Below, piece after piece: positions 1 to 6,475 of a stretch of 39,146 nucleotides of DNA. The position numbers and the translations under genes were made by a program. The notes under the pieces were generated by a model. It ran no database searches and had not been told where the DNA came from. It was given only the letters and a program-made list of their open reading frames with translations. This DNA is from Actinomycetota bacterium (GTDB taxonomy: Bacteria; Actinomycetota; UBA4738; HRBIN12), in NCBI GenBank assembly GCA_036257875.1, contig DATAEV010000043.1, positions 1 through 39,146 of the forward strand. The letters run 5' to 3'. Position 1 is the first letter of the stretch, and the number at the start of each line of letters is the position of its first letter.

Positions 1-254
1 GGGACGATGACCGTGCTCTTGGGAACGAAGCTGTAGGCGGTGTTGAGGTGACCCGGAACGCCGAGCGTGACCGGACCGCTGATCGCACCGTTGTTGCCGT
101 TTCCGCTGCTGTCGAAGGCGGTCGTGCCGCTCGTCTCGTCTAGGTGCCACAAGCCGACCACAGAAGAGCCAGCAGCTGAAGCTCGAAACGCGGGCGCAAG
201 CGACGCGATCATCAGAAGAGCGACGAAGACGATCGGCTTCCGAGTAGTCCTCAC
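1..254 (-). CDS. Secreted LamG/concanavalin-like domain protein, N-terminal part only (gene runs off the window start)
   Basis: Own minus-strand translation. GTG at 252-254 is preceded by a GGGGGAG SD. The product starts VRTTRKPIVFVALLMIASLAPAFRASAAG (signal peptide), then GLWHLDETSGTTAFDSSGNGNNGAISG, a typical start of Laminin_G_3-type domains. Not in the ORF track. Confidence 0.55.
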   Translation of the reverse strand, partial: MRTTRKPIVFVALLMIASLAPAFRASAAGSSVVGLWHLDETSGTTAFDSSGNGNNGAISGPVTLGVPGHLNTAYSFVPKSTVIV

Positions 255-440
255 GCTTTCGCTCCCCCTGTCCGGAAGATGAGGCTCCGGACGTTATGGC
301 TCCCGCTCGCAATGGGTGGTCCGAGGAGGGTCGCCGGTCGGTATTGGCGGCAACCCTCGCAGGCCGAGGTTGCGGGGGCAATCATCACTTCTAACTGGAC
401 GGGTCGCGCGACGCGGAGCAACTCGTTACGCGGCAGAACC

Positions 441-487
441 AATGAACGTCCGCGGCCACCCGTACAGCTTGCAGATCCGCTGGAACG
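441..487. repeat. Copy 1 of a ~40-nt repeated motif (core GCCACCCGTACAGCTTG, then AGATCCGCTGGAACG)
   Basis: The 17-nt core at 455-471 is identical to 870-886. The extended motif recurs at 1446-1485. It lies directly 3' of the VOC gene stop on the minus strand. Confidence 0.7.
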
Positions 488-488
488 C

Positions 489-839
489 CTAGTCGTGTTG
501 GGTGACATTGATGACGGCCCCGTTCGGATCTTGCACGAAGAACCGCCTGAGCCCCCAGTCCTCGTGCGTGAGTGGATAGACAATCTCGGCACCCGCAGTC
601 GTAGCGCGCTCGTGGGCCGCTTCGATATCGTCAACCTCGATCGTGATATCTGGATGCACCTTGGCTTTGATATCGAGCCTCATGACGCTGAGCTGGACCT
701 CGCGCTGGTCCGTCCCAAAGAAGAGGATCCAGTCGAGACCTTCCCCCTCATCGAGGCCGATGACTCCCTGGTAGAAGACTCGACTTTCCTCGAATTGATC
801 CGACAGGACGTTGGGCTTTATCCGCTTGACCGCCATCAT
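489..839 (-). CDS. VOC/glyoxalase-bleomycin resistance family protein (116 aa)
   Basis: C-terminal part of track ORF 489..1148. An internal ATG ATG at 839 follows an AGGAGGAA SD. The sequence RVFYQGVIGLDEGEGLDWILFF...VDDIEAAHERATTAGAEIVYPLTHEDWGLRRFFVQDPNGAVINV is a typical single VOC module. Confidence 0.8.
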   Translation of the reverse strand: MMAVKRIKPNVLSDQFEESRVFYQGVIGLDEGEGLDWILFFGTDQREVQLSVMRLDIKAKVHPDITIEVDDIEAAHERATTAGAEIVYPLTHEDWGLRRFFVQDPNGAVINVTQHD

Positions 840-860
840 CGGAGCGTTCCTCCTGTCACG

Positions 861-900
861 AATGTCTGCGCCACCCGTACAGCTTGATGCATCCGCGGAC
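861..900. repeat. Copy 2 of the repeated motif, in the divergent VOC/PPOX intergenic region
   Basis: AATGTCTGCGCCACCCGTACAGCTTGATGCATCCGCGGAC aligns with 441-487; 17 nt are identical. Confidence 0.7.
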
Positions 901-914
901 TCGACGCGCCTCGT

Positions 915-1346
915 GTGACTAGACTCGCCGGCATGCGAGAGGGCCTCAGCCCCGACGACCTCGACGGGCTGCTCGAGCGGCCCTTCGTCGCCGTACTCGC
1001 GACTTACCGAGCCAAGGGCGACGTGCTCCTCTCGCCGGTCTGGCACCGATGGCGAGACGGCGGCTTCGACGTCGTGACGGGCGGAGACGACGTGAAGGTG
1101 CGCCACCTCCGCGGAGATTCCAGGGCGAGCATCGTCGTCTTCGAGCACGACCCGCCCTACCGCGGCATCGAGGTCCGAGGCAGTGCGGCGCTCGGTAGTG
1201 CCGATGCCGACGTCGTCCGCGACATCGCTGTCCGGTACCTCGGCGACGAGGAGGGCGGGGCCTACGCGGACCGCGGGTATGACGACACCCTCATCCGGCT
1301 CGAGCCCGGCCGTCTACGTGCCTGGGACTTCGCCGACGACGTCTAA
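915..1346 (+). CDS. Pyridoxamine 5'-phosphate oxidase-like (PPOX/F420-binding split-barrel) family protein
   Basis: Track ORF. PFVAVLATYRAKGDVLLSPVWHRW...ASIVVFEHDPPYRGIEVRG...IRLEPGRLRAWDF matches the PPOX-class fold pattern. GC3-rich. The start may be ATG 933 instead of GTG 915. Confidence 0.7.
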   Translation: MTRLAGMREGLSPDDLDGLLERPFVAVLATYRAKGDVLLSPVWHRWRDGGFDVVTGGDDVKVRHLRGDSRASIVVFEHDPPYRGIEVRGSAALGSADADVVRDIAVRYLGDEEGGAYADRGYDDTLIRLEPGRLRAWDFADDV

Positions 1347-1445
1347 GTGGAGGAGCCGAGCACGTTCGGAATGAGCCACAAGAGGCCGCGTTTCTCGGAG
1401 AGCAGCGTGCGGGTCAAATCACGTCTCGTGAACTACTAGCGAAAC

Positions 1446-1485
1446 ATATGCGGCAACCCGTACAGCTCGGAGATCCGCTGGTACG
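1446..1485. repeat. Copy 3 of the repeated motif (ATATGCGGCAACCCGTACAGCTCGGAGATCCGCTGGTACG)
   Basis: Shares CCCGTACAGCT and AGATCCGCTGG with copy 1. It lies 100 nt 3' of the PPOX gene. Confidence 0.6.
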
Positions 1486-1641
1486 TATCTGGGCTCGGCG
1501 CCCGGTCCCCCGGCCTCGATCTCGGTACTCCCGGACGCTCACGCCTTTCAGCCAGGCGGCGCGACAGGGGGTGGACCTCGCGCTTGCGGTCGCGCCGCGG
1601 ATCATCGCCGGATACGCAGCTAACGAGGCAACGGGTCGATC

Positions 1642-2103
1642 CTAGTCGGTCGCTCCGTCATTTCCCGACACCTGCTCGCCTTCGCCTCGGGCCTTTTCGC
1701 GCACCGCTGCCTCGTAGACATCAAGCAGCTGCTGGTACCCACGCTTCTTCGCCTGCGGAATCACCTGGAGGAAGAAGGCCACGACGACACCGGTCCAGAG
1801 AGCCCAACCGAATGTGTAGAGGAAGTCGGCCACGAACCCAAGAGGTTCCGTCGTCACGGACGATCTCAGCGCATATCCGGCCGCGTACACGGCCAAGCCG
1901 ACCACGAAGCCGACCCCGAGGGCCCAGTACAAGCTCCGCTGCCCGTAAGCGGATCGCCGCACCTCCGGCAGGTTGTCGCCCACCCAGTTCAGTGCTTCAC
2001 GACGTTCTTGCTCCCCGAGATCCGACAGCCAGTCGTTCCCCGGAGTCCTCTCCTCGTCGTCCAGTGCGCGTGGGACGTCGTTCGCTCCCGATTTGTCGGT
2101 CAT
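1642..2103 (-). CDS. Hypothetical membrane protein (153 aa, 2-3 predicted TM helices)
   Basis: Track ORF 1642..2337 trimmed to the internal ATG at 2103 (MTDKSGANDV...). Hydrophobic stretches: LYWALGVGFVVGLAVYAAGYAL and FGWALWTGVVVAFFLQVI. The upstream extension of the ORF is Arg/Gly-rich junk overlapping a repeat element. Confidence 0.6.
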   Translation of the reverse strand: MTDKSGANDVPRALDDEERTPGNDWLSDLGEQERREALNWVGDNLPEVRRSAYGQRSLYWALGVGFVVGLAVYAAGYALRSSVTTEPLGFVADFLYTFGWALWTGVVVAFFLQVIPQAKKRGYQQLLDVYEAAVREKARGEGEQVSGNDGATD

Positions 2104-2169
2104 GGTCGACCTCCCGACGGCTAGCTCGGATCGCGTTGCATCATCGATCGTAGCCGCACCTTGATCAGC

Positions 2170-2258
2170 GAGGGCGGGTCTAAGCAGCCCTCGGGCTCGG
2201 GGGCGCGAACGACGGGTGAAACAAGTCCCTCTCCGTTCGCAAGCCCGACCTGCCCTCC
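2170..2258. repeat. ~89-nt hairpin-forming element, copy A (terminal inverted repeat GAGGGCGGGTC ... GACCTGCCCTC)
   Basis: Aligns with 9177-9258. Shared blocks are GAGGGCGGGTC, AAGCA, CCTCGGG, CGGGGG and GCGAACGA. The ends can pair over 10 bp with one G-U. Confidence 0.6.
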
Positions 2259-2302
2259 AGGCCTCGGCTCCCCCGGCCGGAATCTGGCTCTTCACGAAAT
2301 GG

Positions 2303-2343
2303 CCACGAAACGGCCAACGCCCGAGGGAGCGCCCCACCCAGCG
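2303..2343. repeat. 41-nt conserved post-stop element, copy 1 (CCACGAAACGGCCAACGCCCGAGGGAGCGCCCCACCCAGCG)
   Basis: About 35 of 41 nt match 3914-3953. It sits 13 nt 3' of the cyclase stop codon on the minus strand. Confidence 0.65.
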
Positions 2344-2355
2344 AACACGGTCGGT

Positions 2356-3711
2356 TCAGCTCATCACTCCGTAAAGACGCCAGAGGTCAGGGACGCCCTT
2401 CAGCTCATGTTCGCCTGCGGCCTCGAACGTGAAACCGGATCCGGCCACGAGATCCTTGACCGTCTGCGAGATCAGGATCTCGGATGGGCCAGCGATCGCG
2501 GCGATCCGAGCGCCGATCGTGACCGCGATCCCCCCGACCTTGTCGTTGATGCGCTCGCACTCGCCAGTGTGGATGCCCGCACGAATCTGGAGACCTAGAT
2601 CGCGAACGCGCTGGCTGATCTCTTGTGCACACCGGATCGCTCGCGCCGGTCCGTCGAAGGTTGCGAAGAAACCGTCACCCGAGTTGTCGTTCTCGATTCC
2701 GAGCCACCGGTCCAAAGCATCACGGACTATGGCGTGATGATGTTCGACCAGTTCCTTCCACGCGTGGTCACCGAGTGCCGCCTGACGCTCGGTCGACGCG
2801 ACGATGTCCGTGAACAGCACCGAGGAGAGGAACGCGTCGAGCTCTGCTCGAGGTGGGTCGATCCCGACGAATCGCCTGATGGCCTCGAGTCGAGGGCGAG
2901 CTTGCGCGCGATGCCCTCCGCTCCGCCACTCGCTCCAGGACGGCATGACCGCGAGCTCGGCCCTGGGCATGATGGAAGCAACGTACTCGGCCACACCTGG
3001 CTCCCCATCTGCCCCCCCATCCGTCAGCAGCATCGTCGGAACCTGAACCGTGGGTAGGACTGCTCGGATGTCCGTTTCGAACCAGATCCGTGCGAGTTCG
3101 ATCGCGACGTCAGGCGTGCAGGTGTTCCGGCTCGCCCTGCCCATCGCTTGGATCTCGTCGTCGGGAGGGGCGACGCCCGTTTCCTCCTCGAATTGCGCGG
3201 CCCACGCTCGTCCGTATTCGATGGTTCCCCAATGTTCGAGCGAGCGCAGCTCGCGCTCTCGCTGATCCGCGTTCTGGCCCCACGGGTAATCAACCGCCCA
3301 GGCAAAGCGTGGCTGAGGGCCGTCCCACACGAGCGCGCGGAGGCGGTCGGGGTCTGATGCCGCGAGAAGGATCGCGGGTGTCAGTCCTTCGTGAAAACTG
3401 CCGATCACGGGTCGTTCCGATCCCGCAGCGTCCAATACTTCTGCAAGGTCGGCCGAACGGGTCTCGAGGTTCGGCGGCGGTACGTTCCGGCTGGAGAGCC
3501 CGGTCGCCCGACGGTCATGCAAGATCACGCGGGCGAACGCGGCGAGGCCGCTCCACCAGGTCTTCCCGAAGGGGTCTTCCCAAGACGAGTCGATGGTGCC
3601 GTAGATATCGAACTGCCACGCGATGTCGATCGGGCCGTCGCCGAAGACCTGGTAGGCGATGTACGTCCCGTCCCTGGTCTTCACGTACGCGGGATCGGGG
3701 ATATCCATCAC
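2356..3711 (-). CDS. Alpha/beta-hydrolase domain fused to a class III adenylate/guanylate cyclase domain
   Basis: Track ORF, 451 aa. The C-terminal half has VLFTDIVASTERQAALGD...GDGFFATFDGPARAIRCA...IRAGIHTGECE...GIAVTIGARIAA, which are class III cyclase motifs. The N-terminal ~270 aa resemble an alpha/beta hydrolase fold (YIAYQVFGDGP..., ...HDRRATGLS). Confidence 0.85.
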   Translation of the reverse strand: MMDIPDPAYVKTRDGTYIAYQVFGDGPIDIAWQFDIYGTIDSSWEDPFGKTWWSGLAAFARVILHDRRATGLSSRNVPPPNLETRSADLAEVLDAAGSERPVIGSFHEGLTPAILLAASDPDRLRALVWDGPQPRFAWAVDYPWGQNADQRERELRSLEHWGTIEYGRAWAAQFEEETGVAPPDDEIQAMGRASRNTCTPDVAIELARIWFETDIRAVLPTVQVPTMLLTDGGADGEPGVAEYVASIMPRAELAVMPSWSEWRSGGHRAQARPRLEAIRRFVGIDPPRAELDAFLSSVLFTDIVASTERQAALGDHAWKELVEHHHAIVRDALDRWLGIENDNSGDGFFATFDGPARAIRCAQEISQRVRDLGLQIRAGIHTGECERINDKVGGIAVTIGARIAAIAGPSEILISQTVKDLVAGSGFTFEAAGEHELKGVPDLWRLYGVMS

Positions 3712-3913
3712 TCATCCCACCGTCTGGGCAGAGGTGCGACGGGTCGAGGGAGCCTTGAGCTCCGGCTCGCCATCGTATTCGAACCACGAGCAACCAGTGT
3801 CGAGGGCGTCGAGCATGGACCGAGCGTAAGACGAGACGTCTGGGGACGCCATCGGAAGATCACGAAGGACTTGGGACCCCGGCGAGGGGTCTGTGCGTCT
3901 TTCGGCCCGCTGT

Positions 3914-3953
3914 CCACGAAACGCCCACGCCCACGGGAGCGGCCCACCCAGCG
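3914..3953. repeat. Conserved post-stop element, copy 2
   Basis: CCACGAAACGCCCACGCCCACGGGAGCGGCCCACCCAGCG. It sits 4 nt 3' of the stop of the 3958..4323 gene on the minus strand. Confidence 0.65.
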
Positions 3954-3957
3954 TCTT

Positions 3958-4323
3958 CTACTCGAAGTAGCGAACCCTGCTCTCGTCACGCGCTCGAGGC
4001 TGCCGTAGCCACCGCAAGGTTCGGGGCTGCAGGAGTGTGCCGAGCAGTACGAGACCGGGCAACAGGAACAGGACCACGGCGATCAACTGTGCACCAGGTG
4101 CCGCGATATCCCCGGGGCTCGTCGCAGCCAGCACGCCGAGGACGATTCCGCCTGCGCCTGCGAGGAGGGCCAGAGCCCACGCCCAACGTTGACTGAAGAG
4201 GAGTCCAAGACCGATACCGATCAGCGCCGGGCCGAAGGCCCAGTCGATCCACGAGTACTCGGTTCCGCTGGAAGTCTCGACCGTCGCAAGCAACCCGAGC
4301 GCTCCCACACCCAGCGGTATCAA
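3958..4323 (-). CDS. Hypothetical small membrane protein (about 121 aa, 3-4 TM helices)
   Basis: Track ORF. Strongly hydrophobic (ALIGIGLGLLFSQRWAWALALLAGAGGIVLGVLAA, LIAVVLFLLPGLVLLGTLL). The start is a TTG at 4323, or GTG 15 nt downstream. It could be the 3' remnant of a longer decayed gene. Confidence 0.5.
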   Translation of the reverse strand: MIPLGVGALGLLATVETSSGTEYSWIDWAFGPALIGIGLGLLFSQRWAWALALLAGAGGIVLGVLAATSPGDIAAPGAQLIAVVLFLLPGLVLLGTLLQPRTLRWLRQPRARDESRVRYFE

Positions 4324-4526
4324 CCCAATGGCACGCGCCGGCGGACACCAACACCGGTCGGCTCCTCATGGTGGACGGTGACGGCGGATTCACACCGGTC
4401 GCTTGGCATCTGAACCAGCCGACCTCGCTCGAGTTCATCGGAAGGACCGCGTACGTCGTCACACTGGGAGGAGAGATCTGGTCGATCCGCCTGGGTGCCT
4501 GATCGCCGCATGACCGATCGTCAGAG

Positions 4527-4566
4527 CATCCCCGGAGCGGGCTCTCTGCCCGCGACCGGGGATGCT
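4527..4566. terminator. Strong nested stem-loop (GCATCCCCGG-A-GCGGGC-TCTCT-GCCCGC-GA-CCGGGGATGC)
   Basis: A perfect 10-bp outer stem plus a 6-bp inner stem, read directly from the sequence. There is no clear U-tract on either strand, so terminator function is inferred only. Confidence 0.4.
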
Positions 4567-4908
4567 TCCGAGCCGCCGTCAGCTGATCTTCATCTACAGC
4601 CACGCCCTTCTTTGAGTTCAAAGGACTGACGACGACCCACGCATAGCCGGTCGTCAACATGCGACGGCACCCATCGCGGAAACCGGGCGTGTGGGACGAG
4701 AGCGACAATCCGAGCCCAGCGAGACCGGCTGCGCGACCGGAACGAGGATGGGCACGGTTGTGGGCGAGAGCGCCACCGTCCCACCCAGCCACGACGCAGT
4801 TCGGGTCCATCGGCTCGCTGAACGTGAACGTGATCGGGCGGGCACGAGACGACTCCAGACGACATGGGACGACGGGGATGACCTCATCTCGTGCTTGGCG
4901 CGAGCAAC

Positions 4909-4962
4909 CTTAGGATCCGGTGGCCGAGAGGCCGCGGGAGTTCGAGTCTCCCCTCTCGCACC
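4909..4962 (+). pseudogene. tRNA-Leu(UAG)-like 3' fragment, from anticodon loop to acceptor end, lacking a matching 5' half
   Basis: Components in order: CTTAGGA loop, TCCGG, a long variable arm (GGCC-GAGA-GGCC), T-arm GGGAG-TTCGAGT-CTCCC, 3' acceptor CTCTCGC, then A73 and CC. The upstream sequence has no GCGAGAG acceptor partner, D-arm or 5' anticodon stem. Confidence 0.5.
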
Positions 4963-5200
4963 GCTCTGACTAGTGGATCTAGGCCGCTTACGTAGGATGA
5001 TCCCGTTCCGGCCCAGTCGCCAACATCCGCAGCGGACCGCTCGCGGGTGTCAACGAGCAGTGTGGCTGCCTTCCTGGGCCGGGGCGAGGAGCCGGGCGAG
5101 CTCGGTGCGCGAACGGTTGGCTTCCAACGTTGACCGGCGTCAGCTCAAACGAGGTGTAACGGATCAGGCGGAGCCATTTCGTTACGCGTCAGGCGAACCC

Positions 5201-6439
5201 TCAGTGGGGCACCGAGGACTCTTGTTTGGCTCCGACTAATCGGCTGGCCCGGTGCAGTCGGATGGGGTGCGGCAGGCCCTTCAACTCAACGAGTCCGATG
5301 TCCACGAATCGTATCGCCGGGTTCTGTGACAATCGGACGACGCTGTCGCTGACCAAGACCTGCCCAGGCCCACCATGAGAGGCAATCCTGGCGGCGGTGT
5401 TGACCGTCCTACCGAAGTAGTCACCGTCCTGGAAGATCACCGGGCCAGCATCTATGCCCGTGTGAGGCGGCGGAAGGCCAGCGGCCGGAACGCGCTCGGC
5501 GAGCTCCAGCGCCGAGATGACTGCCCCATCGGGCTCGGCGAAATAGAGCATCACGCCATCCCCCAACCACTTGACGGGCCGGCCTCTTTGGTCGTTCGCA
5601 CTGCGCTGGACTAGTCCCCCGAGGACGGCCGCCATCTCGGCGGCGGCCTCATCCCCTCGCTCCTCGGTCAGCTGCGTGTAGCCGGAGAGGTCGAGGAAGC
5701 ACATGGCCGGCAGTTCAGCAACCGTGTGATGCAGCCCCGCCTTCTCCAGGGTCGCCTCTACCGCTTCGACCACGTTGGCCATCCAGGTGTGCTCCGACTG
5801 GCCGTGGTACATCGATGCGAGCGCTCGATCGATGTACGGGATACCCGCTGCGACGGCTTCGTTAGCCGCCTGCAGAACCTGAGCCTCGCTTAGCCCCGAT
5901 CGAAGGAGCGGGACCTCGATCTGGCCGCGGTAAAAGGTCGCCGATGCTTCGGTGATGCGGCGCATGCTCTCGCCCCACACCCGGACCAACCGCTCGATCG
6001 CCACAGGGTCCGCCCCGGCCTCGAGGGCTATCTTCACCACGGGGACCAGATCGAGCGCTTCCTCGTGGACAGGATCCTCCGGCTCGGGACGAGCGAACCC
6101 CATCGACTCCCGAATGACCTGCAGGAGCTCGAGGCCCAGTCCGGTCTCAGCGCTGAGCTCCCGATAGGTCTTCCCGATGAACCCGCCGTACCACTCCCAG
6201 CTCGCGAGATCCAAGAACCCGAAGGAGAGATCCCCCTTTCGGACGGCTGTGCCCATCCCCTCGAGCGGCAGACCTCCCTCCTCGAGACCCCGAACCAAGC
6301 GCACTCTCCGAACATCACCTCCGGTGAACAGCGAGCCGGTCTTCGGTGCAGCGAGGATGCCGAGCTCGAGCAGCCGATCCACGTACCCAACATGGACCCC
6401 CGCTCGCTCGGCCAGTGCTTCGCGCGTGAGTCCGCCCAC
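5201..6439 (-). CDS. MerR-like HTH domain / helical linker / class III adenylate-guanylate cyclase domain protein
   Basis: Track ORF, 412 aa, GTG start. The N-terminus LTREALAERAGVHVGYVDRLLELGIL is HTH-like. The C-terminus has MCFLDLSGYTQLTEERGDE...KWLGDGVMLYFAEP...HTGIDAGPVIFQDGDYFGRTVNTAARI, which are class III cyclase motifs. Confidence 0.85.
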   Translation of the reverse strand: MGGLTREALAERAGVHVGYVDRLLELGILAAPKTGSLFTGGDVRRVRLVRGLEEGGLPLEGMGTAVRKGDLSFGFLDLASWEWYGGFIGKTYRELSAETGLGLELLQVIRESMGFARPEPEDPVHEEALDLVPVVKIALEAGADPVAIERLVRVWGESMRRITEASATFYRGQIEVPLLRSGLSEAQVLQAANEAVAAGIPYIDRALASMYHGQSEHTWMANVVEAVEATLEKAGLHHTVAELPAMCFLDLSGYTQLTEERGDEAAAEMAAVLGGLVQRSANDQRGRPVKWLGDGVMLYFAEPDGAVISALELAERVPAAGLPPPHTGIDAGPVIFQDGDYFGRTVNTAARIASHGGPGQVLVSDSVVRLSQNPAIRFVDIGLVELKGLPHPIRLHRASRLVGAKQESSVPH

Positions 6440-6475
6440 GACCCAGGCATGGTATCGGCTGCCTTAGGGCGACGG

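Noticed and set aside
441-1485. Integron-like cassette array (motif copies as attC sites)
   Set aside because: The two genes are in opposite orientations. The motif is not an imperfect palindrome with R/L boxes, and no IntI-type integrase is nearby.
1400-1641. Pseudogene of an AraC/HTH regulator (fragments ...GVSVREYRDRGR... and ...YQRISELYGLP... in two minus-strand frames)
   Set aside because: These are only short motif-like strings in different frames, surrounded by Arg/Pro-rich sequence. That is not enough to call a pseudogene.
2170-2258. Riboswitch or other known structured RNA for the hairpin element
   Set aside because: I could not match it to any riboswitch consensus I know (TPP, SAM, cobalamin, glycine, ZTP, c-di-GMP, ykkC, ydaO). 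The internal stem is not conserved between the two copies, and neither copy sits in a clear 5' UTR.
3986-4810. 274-aa minus-strand ORF spanning the gene-poor region
   Set aside because: It has low-complexity composition. Its 3' part overlaps the hydrophobic 3958..4323 gene in another frame, and I recognise no motif. I treat the region as decayed or non-coding.
4890-4962. A complete tRNA (Leu/Ser type II or Sec) at this position
   Set aside because: I could not find a 5' acceptor strand complementary to CTCTCGC, a D-arm or a 5' anticodon stem. Only the 3' half folds, so I called it a fragment.
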